From Mycobacteriaceae bacterium (GTDB taxonomy: Bacteria; Actinomycetota; Actinomycetes; Mycobacteriales; Mycobacteriaceae): 64,000 nucleotides of DNA. Shown in pieces: positions 8,292-17,980 of this stretch. The notes under the pieces were generated by a model, which worked only from the letters and a program-made list of their open reading frames with translations, had not been told where the DNA came from and searched no databases. Both the position numbers and the translations under genes were made by a program. Positions within the stretch are counted from its first letter, which is position 1. Each line of letters starts with the position of its first letter. The DNA is taken from the NCBI GenBank assembly GCA_019245755.1, contig JAFARC010000011.1, positions 7,086 to 71,085 on the forward strand, read 5' to 3'.

Positions 8292-9356
8292 ATGGGGGGA
8301 CGTAGGCATCGGTGGTCAGCTGCGTTGTTCGCGGCTACCGCCCTCATCGGGGTCGGGGTCGGGGTGGCCCCGCCGGCACAGCTTCGCCCCGTCGACCTGG
8401 CATCGCGAGAACTCGACCTCGTCAAACAGGCGCCGGCCGACCCGATCAACACGGCGCCGGCGGAGGCAGCCGTGGTGCAGATCAACACCACCCTGGACTA
8501 CCAAAACGCAATCGGCGTCGGCACCGGCATCGTGCTCAACCCCGACGGCGAGGTGCTGACCAACAACCACGTGGTCGAGGGCGCCACCGGGATGTCCGGC
8601 ACCAACCTGGGCACCGGACGCACCTTTGGAATCGACGTGATCGGGTACGACCGCACCCACGACATCGCACTTGTGCAGCTGCGCGGCGCGGCCGGGCTTC
8701 CCACCGCTCCGATCGGCGACTCGAACATGCTGGCCGTCGGCGATTCGATCGTCGGCGTGGGCAACGCCGGCGGACCAAACGGCGGACTCACCCGGGAGCC
8801 GGGAACCGTCCGGGCGCTCAACCAGACCGTCGTCGCCAGCGACGACCTCACCGGCAGCTCCGAACACCTGACGGGCCTGATCCAGATCGCGGCGAACCTG
8901 CGCCCGGGTGACTCCGGCGGCCCGCTGGTGAACGGCGCCGGTCAGGTCGTCGGCATCGACACCGCCGCCTCGGAGAGCTATCACACCAGCGGCGGTGGGT
9001 TCGCGATTCCGATCAACCAGGCGCTGGCCATCGCCGACCAGATTCGGTCGCGCGCGCCGTCTGCCACCGTCCACATCGGTGACACCGGCATGCTGGGCGT
9101 CGGTGTCGTCGACACCCGCAACGGCGGCGCCGTCGCCGTCAAGCAGCTGCTGCGGGGTGGTCCGGCGGCCCAGGCCGGATTGGTGCCGGGTGCTGCGATC
9201 ACCGCGATCGACGGCAACGCGGTCGGCGACGCCAACGCGCTGACCGCGTTCCTCGACCAGCATCATCCCGGCGACACCGTGTCGCTGACATGGGTCGATC
9301 CGGCCGGCACGTCGCACACCACACCGGTCACCCTGGCCGCCGGGCCGCCCGGATGA
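8292..9356 (+). CDS. pepA: Secreted trypsin-like serine protease with C-terminal PDZ domain (Mtb32A/PepA-like)
   Basis: Signal-like N-terminus. Catalytic triad contexts TNNHVVEG, THDIALVQL and PGDSGGPLVN. The C-terminal PDZ-like segment ends HHPGDTVSLTW..LAAGPPG and is collinear with my recollection of Mtb32A. AGGAGG lies upstream of the ATG. Confidence 0.85.
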   Translation: MGGRRHRWSAALFAATALIGVGVGVAPPAQLRPVDLASRELDLVKQAPADPINTAPAEAAVVQINTTLDYQNAIGVGTGIVLNPDGEVLTNNHVVEGATGMSGTNLGTGRTFGIDVIGYDRTHDIALVQLRGAAGLPTAPIGDSNMLAVGDSIVGVGNAGGPNGGLTREPGTVRALNQTVVASDDLTGSSEHLTGLIQIAANLRPGDSGGPLVNGAGQVVGIDTAASESYHTSGGGFAIPINQALAIADQIRSRAPSATVHIGDTGMLGVGVVDTRNGGAVAVKQLLRGGPAAQAGLVPGAAITAIDGNAVGDANALTAFLDQHHPGDTVSLTWVDPAGTSHTTPVTLAAGPPG

Positions 9357-9379
9357 CCGCCGGCGGCTAGACTGCCCCG

Positions 9380-10597
9380 GTGTTCACGGACGGGCGTTGG
9401 CCGCGAAAGGTCCTGGCCGCGGCGGGCGGGGTGGTGCTGGTGATGGCATCCGGATGCGCGACCCACTCGGCCTCAACCGGATCGGGCGGTGCGACGTCCT
9501 CCCCACCGAGCGCGGAGTCGACGAACGACGTCGACGCCGGCACCGCACAGCGGCTGGACGCAGCGATCAACCAGGCCATGAGCGCAGCGTCGATCCCCGG
9601 CGCCATCATCGGCGTGTGGGGCCCGGACGGCCGCTACATCCGCACCTTCGGTGTCGCAGACAAGACGACCGGCGCGCCGATGAACGCCGACATGTACAGC
9701 CGAATCGGCAGCGAGACGAAAACGTTCACGGTCACCGCGGTGTTGCAGCTCGCCGACCAGGGCAAGCTCGGGCTCGACGACCCGATCGGCAAATACATCG
9801 CCGGCGTTCCCGGGGGCAACCAGATCACGCTGCGTGAGCTGGCGCGGATGCAGAGCGGCCTGTACAACTACTCCGCCTCCACCGCGTTCCAGCAGGCGAT
9901 GTTCGCCGACCCGCGGCGCAACTTCACTCCGCAGGCGCTACTCGGCTACGCGTTCGCCGAGCCCCCCGTCTTCGGGCCCGGACAGGGTTTCCAGTACTCG
10001 AACACCAACACGGTCCTGCTCGGCCTGGTGGTGGAGAAGGTCGGTGGCCAGCCGCTGCCCGACTACATCCGCGACCACATCTTGCGCCCACTGGGCTTGA
10101 GCCACACCAGCTTTCCGACCACGAACGCCTTCGGGGAGCCGCACCCGCAGGGCTATACCAACCAGACCGCCGACGGGGCAGTTGCCACCGCCACCGACTG
10201 GGATCCGTCGTGGGGATGGGCGGCCGGAGCGATGATCTCCACGCTGGACGACCTGCACACCTGGGCGCTCGCGGTGGCCACCGGCAAACTGCTCTCACCG
10301 GCGATGCAGGCGCAGCGGCTGCAAACGGTCAACGGCCAGGACCTGCCGCAGCAGGACGGTTACGGGCTGGGCATCTTCAACCTCGCCGGGTGGATCGGCC
10401 ACAACGGAAGCCTGCCAGGTTATCAGTCTGTGGTGGTGTACCTGCCGGAACAGAAACGCACCATGGTCATCCTGATCAACACCGACATCTCGTATCAGGG
10501 CAACGAGCCAAGCACCACCCTGGCCACCGCTATCACCTCCGTGGTCTCCCCCGACCACGTCTACACGCTCAGCCCGGCGCCGGCCCAGCCGCGATAA
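9380..10597 (+). CDS. Lipoprotein of the beta-lactamase / DD-peptidase (serine hydrolase) fold
   Basis: Lipobox VLVMASGC. SxxK motif in IGSETKTF, and YSNTN (YxN). GTG start 23 bp after the pepA stop. Confidence 0.8.
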   Translation: MFTDGRWPRKVLAAAGGVVLVMASGCATHSASTGSGGATSSPPSAESTNDVDAGTAQRLDAAINQAMSAASIPGAIIGVWGPDGRYIRTFGVADKTTGAPMNADMYSRIGSETKTFTVTAVLQLADQGKLGLDDPIGKYIAGVPGGNQITLRELARMQSGLYNYSASTAFQQAMFADPRRNFTPQALLGYAFAEPPVFGPGQGFQYSNTNTVLLGLVVEKVGGQPLPDYIRDHILRPLGLSHTSFPTTNAFGEPHPQGYTNQTADGAVATATDWDPSWGWAAGAMISTLDDLHTWALAVATGKLLSPAMQAQRLQTVNGQDLPQQDGYGLGIFNLAGWIGHNGSLPGYQSVVVYLPEQKRTMVILINTDISYQGNEPSTTLATAITSVVSPDHVYTLSPAPAQPR

Positions 10598-10601
10598 CGC
10601 A

Positions 10602-12035
10602 GTGCCGGACCGTGCCGACGCGTGGATTGCCGGTGCAGCGGCAACACTGGTGAGCACGGTGCTCTCGTGGCGCCCGTCATTCTGGTTCGACGAGGCCGCC
10701 ACGATCGCCGCCGCCAACCGCTCCCAGTACGACATCCTGCGCCTGCTGCTGAACTTCGACGCCGTCCACGGCTTGTACTACCTCGGCATGCACGCCTGGC
10801 TGTCCCGGGTCCCGATCGACGAATTCACCGCGCGATTTCCCAGTGCGGTGGCCGTCGGCATCGCCGCCGCCGGCATGATCGTATTGGGCAAGCTGGTGGC
10901 CGACCGGCCCACGGCATGGGCCGCGGCGGTTGGCTTCACCGTGTTGCCGCGGACGCTGTGGTCGGCGGTGGAGGCCCGGTCGTATGCGCTGACCGCCGCG
11001 ATCGCGGTGTGGTTGACGGTCGTGCTCGTCATCGCCGCGGGTCGAGGCGGCGCGGCGCTGTGGGCGCTGTACAGCTTCACGGTCGCGGCGGCCGTCATCT
11101 CGTTCGTGTACCTGGGCCTGTTGGTGTTCGCGCACGCGGCCACGCTCGCGCTCGGCCGGAACCGGCGCCAGCTGCTGCCCTTCGCGATCGCGGCCGGCGC
11201 GGGACTGGTGCTGGCTGCACCGCTCATCGCGTTGACAGCCGGACAGCAGCGCCAACAACTCTGGTGGATCACCGGGCCCGAAAACGGCTACCTGGCCGGG
11301 GTCCTCTGGGAGCAGTGGTTCACCCGGTCGCGGCTGTTCGGTTGCGCGTGCGTGGTCGTGCTGGCCTGGGCCGCGGTGGCGCTGGTCACCAGGAGGGCCG
11401 GGGGCGCTTATGGTGGGCTCGCGGTGGCCCTGCCGTGGATCACCGTACCCACCGGGCTGTTGGTCGGGTACTCCGCACTGGTACACGACGTCTACCAACC
11501 GCGTTATCTGACCTACACCGCCCCTGGGGTCGGCTTGTTGCTGGGAGTCTGCGTCGTGGCCATCGCCCGGGAGCGGTCCCGAATCCTGCTGGTATTGCTG
11601 GTGATCCTGGCGCTCAGCGCGGGCACGGCGTTCGTCGAGCAGCGCGGCCGGTACGCAAAGCCGGGCGGGGCGGACTATTCGCAGATCGCCGACCTCATCG
11701 GCGGGGTTGCCAAACCGCACGACTGTGTCGTCTTCGGGTTCGCCGGTCAGGAACCGCTGCGGGCGTCAGCCGCCGCTCGGCCCGACGCCTTCGCGGCCCT
11801 GCGCGATGTCGCAGCCGGCGTTTCTGGTGCAGACGCGGCCCAACTGTGGACGCAGGATCTGCCGCTGGGCAGCGACATCGTGAAACCGCGGCTGGCGGCC
11901 TGCCCGGTGTTGTGGGCCGTCGTCGACCGGTGGGCGCCGGCGCCCGTGGTGGACGCGGCGAAACAACAAGGATTCGCCGTGGACCGGCAGTGGACGCTGA
12001 ACCGCAGCATCGTCGTGCGGTTGAAGAGGTCCTGA
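10602..12035 (+). CDS. Polytopic membrane protein, GT-C-type (PMT/ArnT-like) glycosyltransferase candidate
   Basis: About 10 hydrophobic spans. There is an early FWFDEAAT (DE motif in the first loop, as in GT-C enzymes) and a C-terminal soluble domain. Starts 4 bp after the preceding stop. Confidence 0.6.
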   Translation: MPDRADAWIAGAAATLVSTVLSWRPSFWFDEAATIAAANRSQYDILRLLLNFDAVHGLYYLGMHAWLSRVPIDEFTARFPSAVAVGIAAAGMIVLGKLVADRPTAWAAAVGFTVLPRTLWSAVEARSYALTAAIAVWLTVVLVIAAGRGGAALWALYSFTVAAAVISFVYLGLLVFAHAATLALGRNRRQLLPFAIAAGAGLVLAAPLIALTAGQQRQQLWWITGPENGYLAGVLWEQWFTRSRLFGCACVVVLAWAAVALVTRRAGGAYGGLAVALPWITVPTGLLVGYSALVHDVYQPRYLTYTAPGVGLLLGVCVVAIARERSRILLVLLVILALSAGTAFVEQRGRYAKPGGADYSQIADLIGGVAKPHDCVVFGFAGQEPLRASAAARPDAFAALRDVAAGVSGADAAQLWTQDLPLGSDIVKPRLAACPVLWAVVDRWAPAPVVDAAKQQGFAVDRQWTLNRSIVVRLKRS

Positions 12036-12039
12036 CGGT

Positions 12040-12882
12040 TCAGTCCCAGATGTCGCCGATCGGGGGCGCCATCGCCGCGTAGCCGGTCTTGGGCAGGCCG
12101 TACATCTGCTGCATCGTGGCGAGCACGTTGTAGTGGCTGATGGTTTCGGCGTACGCACCAGGTCGCACGTTGGCGCCGACGATGATCGTCGGGATCTGAT
12201 TGTTGCCGCTGTTGTCGTCCTCATCCCAGGTGATCACCAACAGGCTGTTGTTTGCCGTCGCCCAGCTCGCATACCCGGACAAGTTGGTATACAGCCAGGC
12301 GTCGCCCTGGGCGATGGAACCGTCGTGCATGTCGTTGTCCAGGTTCGGTATGACGAACGAGACCGTGGGCAGGCGGCCGTAATCCGACGGCGGCGGGAAC
12401 GCCGAGAACGGCACGGAGTCGGCCGCGGGAAGGTTGCCGAAGTTCACCCACGGGGCATGTTTACGCGCGTACCTGCCGGCACTGCACGCCGTCGAGCCGA
12501 CGCCGGGCAGGCCCTCGGCGAAGCCGGTGAACGTGTAGCCGGCGGCCAGCAGTTCGGATCCCAGGTTGGGGGCGCCGCCGGCATTGACCGGACAGGCGTC
12601 GGAGTTGAGCCCGAACGTATTGCCGGCGAACAGTGCCAGATAGTTGGGCTCACTGGGGTGGGTTTCGGCATAGGACTGTGTCATGAGCGCGCCGTTGCCG
12701 GCGAGCGCGTTCAGATACGGGGCCGACTTGTTGCCGACGATGTCGGCGTCGGAGCGGTTCTCCTCCACCACGATCACGATGTGGGCCGGGGTGGGCAGGG
12801 CCGACGCGGTGGCGACGGGTGATCGGACAACTGCCAGCACCGCCAATGCGCTGAGCAGCACGGCAACCCGAAACCGGCGCAT
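12040..12882 (-). CDS. sapM: Secreted acid phosphatase, SapM family (phosphoesterase family)
   Basis: Signal peptide ..VATASA/LP. HIVIVVEENRS, THPSEPNYLALFAGNTFG, KHAPWVNF, VIPNLDNDMHDG and ITWDEDD are near-collinear with my recollection of M. tuberculosis SapM. Confidence 0.85.
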   Translation of the reverse strand: MRRFRVAVLLSALAVLAVVRSPVATASALPTPAHIVIVVEENRSDADIVGNKSAPYLNALAGNGALMTQSYAETHPSEPNYLALFAGNTFGLNSDACPVNAGGAPNLGSELLAAGYTFTGFAEGLPGVGSTACSAGRYARKHAPWVNFGNLPAADSVPFSAFPPPSDYGRLPTVSFVIPNLDNDMHDGSIAQGDAWLYTNLSGYASWATANNSLLVITWDEDDNSGNNQIPTIIVGANVRPGAYAETISHYNVLATMQQMYGLPKTGYAAMAPPIGDIWD

Positions 12883-12912
12883 GGCGCCGAGTCTACGGTC
12901 GACTGCGGTGTT

Positions 12913-13593
12913 CTACGCCAGGCGGGCGATCGTCGTCTGGTCGATGTGCTCGACCACGTCCAGGGCGTCTGAGAACACCGAGCCGGCTCCGGCGTCGCTG
13001 AGTTCGGCAGCCGAGATGCCGCCACTGAGCAGCCCGATGATCGGCACCCCGGCGCGCACACACGCGACGGCGTCGGCGACCGAGTCGCCGACGAACACGG
13101 CGCGGGCCGCGGTGACGCCGGCGCGGTCGAGCGCCACGTCGATGATGCCGGGCTCGGGCTTGGCGGTGTCGACGTCCGCCGCCGACGTCACCGCCGCCAC
13201 GGTGCTGTCGCGGTCGAGCACAGACCGCAGGATGGACAGCTCGTCCTCGGGCGCGGAGGTGGCCAGCACCACCTGCAGGCCCATCGACGCGACGCGGTCC
13301 AGGATGTCCCGGCCACCGGGCAGTACCCGGAGCAGCGGCGAAAGCTCCTTGTAGTAGCGCGCATGCAGGTCCTTGAGCCGCTGCGTGGCGTCGTCGCCGG
13401 CATCCGGAGCCAGCGACGCGACCAGCCGCGAACCGTCCATCCCGATCGACCGATGGATGCGCCAGGCGTCGGCCTGGACACCGGCGTCGTGGAAGGCCCG
13501 AACCCAGGCGTGAACGTGCAGGTAATTGGAATCGACGAGGGTGCCGTCGATGTCGAACAACACCGCTGGGGCGCGGTCGGCAGTTGTGGTCAT
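12913..13593 (-). CDS. HAD-superfamily hydrolase (beta-phosphoglucomutase-like subfamily)
   Basis: ORF trimmed to the ATG at 13593. Motif I is LFDIDGTLVDS. It also has ATSAPE and a C-terminal FVGDSVADAV (motif IV). Confidence 0.8.
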   Translation of the reverse strand: MTTTADRAPAVLFDIDGTLVDSNYLHVHAWVRAFHDAGVQADAWRIHRSIGMDGSRLVASLAPDAGDDATQRLKDLHARYYKELSPLLRVLPGGRDILDRVASMGLQVVLATSAPEDELSILRSVLDRDSTVAAVTSAADVDTAKPEPGIIDVALDRAGVTAARAVFVGDSVADAVACVRAGVPIIGLLSGGISAAELSDAGAGSVFSDALDVVEHIDQTTIARLA

Positions 13594-13609
13594 GGCGCAG
13601 GAGTACCCG

Positions 13610-14278
13610 TCACGGCTCTTTTCCTTTCCGCCCGTCGACGACGAACAGCGCCAGCGTGAACGCGAGCAACGCGGCCGGCAGCAGGATCGCGTGCACGTGC
13701 CAGGTAATCGTGGCGAACGCCCCGGCCACGGCGCCCGCTGCGAACACGACGATGAGGATGCCGTAAATGCGGAATGCCTTGCCCGATTTGATTGCCTTGT
13801 CAACGAAACCGGCGTATCCGGCCTCGATGAACCGCATCAGATTGCCGGTGGTGGCCACCGGCAGATACACGAGATCGCCGATACTGCGGAACAGCCCCAT
13901 CTGCATTGCCGAGACGAACGAGATCGGCACGTTGACGAAACTGTGCGGCACCGAGGCCGGAACGAATCCCATCACCGCGAGCACGCTCGCCTGGACGGCC
14001 ATCGTCCAGCGCAGCGGGTGGCCGATGACCTTGTGCACCCGCCCCGACTTGATGTGCGACGCCAGTGTCACCCCGGCGAGAAACGCCAGAATCGGCCACA
14101 GGTGTGCCAGCGTGTTGCCCCAATGCCAGTGCGCCAGGTCGATCGCGGCGAAGATCACATTGCCGGTTTGGACGTTGGCGAAAACACCGCCGCGGGCTAG
14201 GTAGGTGTAGGAATCCAAAAACCCGTTGGCGGCGGTCAGCAGCAGCGCGAACCGCAACGTCGTGGAGGTCCTGATCAC
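13610..14278 (-). CDS. DUF1275 (YoaK-like) membrane protein
   Basis: LLLTAANGFLDSYTYLARGGVFANVQTGN.. is the hallmark N-terminus, followed by about 6 TMS. Confidence 0.8.
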   Translation of the reverse strand: MIRTSTTLRFALLLTAANGFLDSYTYLARGGVFANVQTGNVIFAAIDLAHWHWGNTLAHLWPILAFLAGVTLASHIKSGRVHKVIGHPLRWTMAVQASVLAVMGFVPASVPHSFVNVPISFVSAMQMGLFRSIGDLVYLPVATTGNLMRFIEAGYAGFVDKAIKSGKAFRIYGILIVVFAAGAVAGAFATITWHVHAILLPAALLAFTLALFVVDGRKGKEP

Positions 14279-15417
14279 GGCGGCTCACACAGCCCGTACA
14301 GCCGTGCCGCGTTACGCCAGGCGATCAAATCGACGACGTGGACGGCGTCGGCCCGGCTCCACTCGCCGGCTGCCACAAACCCCTGCAGCACTTCGCGCAT
14401 GCCGCTGCGCCACAACCGGGCACCGAGGAAGTGCAGCTCCGCCGGGCCGAACCCGTCCGATGAGTAGAGCACCTTGCGGAACGGCGCCAGCTCGAGGAGC
14501 CGCCCGACGAACGCGGTCGAGCGGGCACCGAGGTGGTTGATCGCCAGGCCGCCATCCACATACACGTTGTTGAACGCCTGGGCCAGGTATCCGGCTTCGC
14601 GCTCATACGGATAGCAGTGCAGCAACACGACCGGGGTGTCGCCGGCACCGCGCAGGAAGTCCAGCAGGTACATCGGGTTGGCTTTGTGCAGGTCGCAGTC
14701 GCGGTCGCCGAGACCGACATGGAGCTGCAGCGGCTTGCCCAGCTCGAGGGCGCGGTGCAGGCCGAACCGCAGCAGGGTCCGGTCGGTCAACCGGGCGCCG
14801 CCGCGCTGCCGCCAGCGGTCGGCCGCCTCGGTGACCTCCGCGGGCGTCGGCTCCGACAGGTCGCCGTAGAAGCCGCCGCGATAGGCCAGGATCGACTTGG
14901 TGGCAACGGCGGTGCGGGCGCGCCGCTGCAGAATCCCGCAGAATGCGTTCGCGTAGTCGCCGTCCGCCTGCGCCGCCAGCTCGGCGAGCTGCTCGAGGCG
15001 CACCACCTCGTGGCCGCGGCCACCCGAGTAGCGGGCCAGCTCGCCGACACCGGCTACGCCGTCGGCCAGCCCGGTGTCGACCAGCCAATCCGAAACTCCG
15101 GCTGCCGCCAGGAACAACCCGGCGAGCTCGGGTTCGGCGAGCTCGCTTCGCCGCCGCCAGTAGGTATCCGGGTCGGCGTGGCTCGGCAGGCCGAGAAGCG
15201 GCGCGCAGTGCGCCCGCACCGCGAAGCCGATCTGGGTGTCGAACGCGGAGTCGAAGCGGGCGACGGGTTCGAGATTGGCCTCGTTGAGCGCGTTCTCGAA
15301 GCGGGCCCGTTCTGGCGCGGTGAGCCAGCAGCCGTGCACGTGATGATCGACGAGTCGCACGTCGGCGATGTGCTGTGCCAACGCCGTCGTGGCGGCCGAG
15401 CCGGTCACAAGCTCCAC
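14275..15417 (-). CDS. Amidohydrolase-family metal hydrolase (Rv1879-like partner of GlnA3)
   Basis: LVDHHVHG (HxH metal site) near the N-terminus and a TIM-barrel-sized protein. It overlaps the glnA3 stop by 13 nt and the downstream start by 4 nt. Confidence 0.75.
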   Translation of the reverse strand: MELVTGSAATTALAQHIADVRLVDHHVHGCWLTAPERARFENALNEANLEPVARFDSAFDTQIGFAVRAHCAPLLGLPSHADPDTYWRRRSELAEPELAGLFLAAAGVSDWLVDTGLADGVAGVGELARYSGGRGHEVVRLEQLAELAAQADGDYANAFCGILQRRARTAVATKSILAYRGGFYGDLSEPTPAEVTEAADRWRQRGGARLTDRTLLRFGLHRALELGKPLQLHVGLGDRDCDLHKANPMYLLDFLRGAGDTPVVLLHCYPYEREAGYLAQAFNNVYVDGGLAINHLGARSTAFVGRLLELAPFRKVLYSSDGFGPAELHFLGARLWRSGMREVLQGFVAAGEWSRADAVHVVDLIAWRNAARLYGLCEPP

Positions 15418-16766
15418 GCCATGCGGAACCGGTCGGCCAACTCGGCCGGCTCCAACTCGGCGTAGTTGTCGTGTTCGTAGCGGCGCACCGCCACCACCAC
15501 ATTGACCGCCGCATCGCCCAAAATGCGCCGCATCCGGGCGGATGCGTCCAGCGCGGAGATGATCTCGGCCTGATCGGCGGCCAGCAGCACGGTGCCCGCC
15601 GACGCGCGTTGCTCGTCGGACTGGGTGGCGGGGTCAACGGTGGTTTCCGGCGGCAACGGCGTGCCCTGCTCGATGCCGTCGAGGGCCAGCCCAAGGATCG
15701 CCGCCGTCGCGAAATACGGGTTGGCCGAGGGGTCCACGATCTTCACCTCGACATTGGCGCCGTGCGGGTTGGCGGGGCCGGCGGCCAGGAACCGGACCGC
15801 GGCCTCGCGGTTCTCGGCACCCCAGCAGGCGTACGCGCCGGCCCACAGACCGGGCCGCAGCCGTTGTCCGGACAGGATCGATCCGCACAGGATGCCCTGT
15901 GCGTCGGGCAGGCCGGCGAGGACGCCGGCCACCGCGTGCTCGCCCTCCTCGGTCATCCCGGCCGCGCCGGTTGGGTCCGAGAACAGCGACGAGCCGCGCC
16001 TGCTCAACGAGAAGTGCTGGTGCGCACCGGATCCCACGCTGCCGGCAAAGGGAACCGGGGAAAAGCTGGCGCGCAGCCCGTAACGCCGCGCCACCCGCCC
16101 GATGATGATGCGCATCAGGATCAGTTGGTCGGCGGCCGCCACCGGGGCCTGCGGGGACAGCGAAAGCTCGAACTGGTTGCGGCCGTATTCGGGATGGAAC
16201 TGCTCGATGCCGACGCCCGAGCCGGCCGCGGCGGTCGTGACATCGCGAACGAAGCCCTCATGTTCCAGTACCCCGGCCAACCCGTACTGTGCCCACAGCG
16301 TCGACGGCAGGCGGGCCCCGTCGGGCCCGACGAGGATGAACTCGATCTCGTGGCCCACCCGGGCGTCCAACCCGGCGTCGGTGAGCCGGGCCTGCACCCG
16401 GCCGAGGGTGCCGCGGCTGCAGGCCGCGACCGGGGTACCGTCCTGAGCGAAGAACGCACCCGGCGCCCAGGCCAACCCGTCGCCCAGCGTGCGCAGCGCG
16501 GAAAGGTCGATACGGATCCGCTCATCCCCGACGACGCCGATACCCTCGCTGAACGCGATGCCGGTCTGGTCGATCGCGAAGCCGTGCCAAACGGGGCTGG
16601 CGCCCAGGCCGGGATCGGCGAAGGCGTTGCAGCGCCGCAACGGAACCGTCTTGGCGTGGGTGAGGCCCGCCGGGTTGACGACGGTGCCGATGACCATCTC
16701 AACGCCGCCCGCCTCGAGGCTGGCGATGGCGGGCGCGGCAGCGGCTGGCTCTGTCATTGCAGACAT
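15405..16766 (-). CDS. glnA3: Glutamine synthetase-family enzyme, GlnA3 type (gamma-glutamyl-amine synthetase-like)
   Basis: GHEIEFIL, FHPEYGRNQFELSLSP, GSGAHQHFSL and NVEVKIVDPSANPY are GS catalytic-domain blocks. Pairing with the amidohydrolase matches the glnA3-Rv1879 arrangement I recall from M. tuberculosis. Confidence 0.8.
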   Translation of the reverse strand: MSAMTEPAAAAPAIASLEAGGVEMVIGTVVNPAGLTHAKTVPLRRCNAFADPGLGASPVWHGFAIDQTGIAFSEGIGVVGDERIRIDLSALRTLGDGLAWAPGAFFAQDGTPVAACSRGTLGRVQARLTDAGLDARVGHEIEFILVGPDGARLPSTLWAQYGLAGVLEHEGFVRDVTTAAAGSGVGIEQFHPEYGRNQFELSLSPQAPVAAADQLILMRIIIGRVARRYGLRASFSPVPFAGSVGSGAHQHFSLSRRGSSLFSDPTGAAGMTEEGEHAVAGVLAGLPDAQGILCGSILSGQRLRPGLWAGAYACWGAENREAAVRFLAAGPANPHGANVEVKIVDPSANPYFATAAILGLALDGIEQGTPLPPETTVDPATQSDEQRASAGTVLLAADQAEIISALDASARMRRILGDAAVNVVVAVRRYEHDNYAELEPAELADRFRMAWSL

Positions 16767-16778
16767 TGTGCCGGTCGG

Positions 16779-17882
16779 TCAGCCCAGCGCGGCCAACATC
16801 CCGGACGCGGCCTGCCGCCAGGTGAACTGTTCGGCGCGGCGGCGGGCACCGATGCGCCGCGTGCGTACCGGCCGGCCGATGATCTCGACGACGCTGGCCG
16901 CGACGGATTCGGGGTCGTTGTCGGCGCACGCGCCGCTTTGCGGGCAGACGATCTCGCGCAGCGCCGAGGTCCGCGACACCACGGCCGGTGTGCCGCAGGC
17001 CAGCGCCTCCAGCGCGGCGAGGCCGAAGGTCTCGTGCGGTCCCGGCGCCAGCGCCACGTCGGCCGACGCGAGCAGCGCCGCGACGGAGTGGCGGCAGTCG
17101 ATGAAACCGGTGAAGTCGATCGGCAGTCCCACGGCCTGCCGTTCGAGCCGGCCGCGCATCGGCCCCTCCCCCACGACCAGCAGCCGGGCGTCGACGCCCG
17201 AATCACGCAGTGCGGCCAGCGCATCGATGCTGCGGTCGGCGCGCTTTTCGACCGACAACCGGCCGCAATGCACGAGCAGAAGCTGGTGTGGATCGGCCCA
17301 TTCCCGGCGCAGCCGAGCGGAATGACGGCGGGGATGAAACGTCTCCAGGTCCACGCCCAACGGCACCGTGATCGTGTTGGTCGCACCGATCCGGTCGAAT
17401 TCCTCGCGGGCGAAACCGGTGGTGCACACCACCGTGTCGTAATCGGCAGCGGTGCGCCGGTTCGCAAAATCGGCAAGGCGACGAGCGGATTTCGGCGGGA
17501 GCACCAGACCGGCCAGGCGATCGAGCCGCTCGTGGGAGATCATCACCGTGGTGACGCCGTGGCGACGTCCCCAACGGCCCAGCGATCGCAGCGTGAGCCG
17601 GTCGGAAACCTCGATGGCGTCGGGATCCAACGATTCCACGATCGCGGTCACCGGCCAAGGCATCACGGCACGGTAGCCACCGGTGAACGGGATGCGCGGG
17701 GCCGGCACGGAGACTCGCACCACCCCGGTCGGCAACGTCGACTGGCTCGCGGTCGGACCCGGCACGATCAAAAACACGTCATGGCCCGCGTCGCTGTACT
17801 CGGCGCCGAGCCGGTCGACGGCGGTACGCAGGCCGCCCGACCGCGGCCCGTAGAAGTTCGCGACCTGAACCACCCGCATCAC
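16779..17882 (-). CDS. GT4-family (GT-B fold) glycosyltransferase
   Basis: MRVVQVANFYGPRSGG.. N-terminus and the C-terminal E-x7-E motif (ETFGLAALEALACG). The stop lies 12 bp before the glnA3 start. Confidence 0.8.
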   Translation of the reverse strand: MMRVVQVANFYGPRSGGLRTAVDRLGAEYSDAGHDVFLIVPGPTASQSTLPTGVVRVSVPAPRIPFTGGYRAVMPWPVTAIVESLDPDAIEVSDRLTLRSLGRWGRRHGVTTVMISHERLDRLAGLVLPPKSARRLADFANRRTAADYDTVVCTTGFAREEFDRIGATNTITVPLGVDLETFHPRRHSARLRREWADPHQLLLVHCGRLSVEKRADRSIDALAALRDSGVDARLLVVGEGPMRGRLERQAVGLPIDFTGFIDCRHSVAALLASADVALAPGPHETFGLAALEALACGTPAVVSRTSALREIVCPQSGACADNDPESVAASVVEIIGRPVRTRRIGARRRAEQFTWRQAASGMLAALG

Positions 17883-17980
17883 GTCCCATCAGAGACGGCC
17901 AGCGTGTGCGGTCAACAACGCGCCGTCGACAGGTCGCTGAATGGCCCGTGAACACCGCGCCGACGTAGTGTGGTCAACCG

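Noticed and set aside
15375-17951. 858-aa plus-strand ORF, the longest in the track after lon
   Set aside because: It lies entirely antisense to glnA3 and the GT4 gene, is Arg/Gly/Pro/Ala-rich and has no recognisable motif. It is a typical high-G+C shadow ORF, whereas the minus-strand genes carry clear catalytic motifs.
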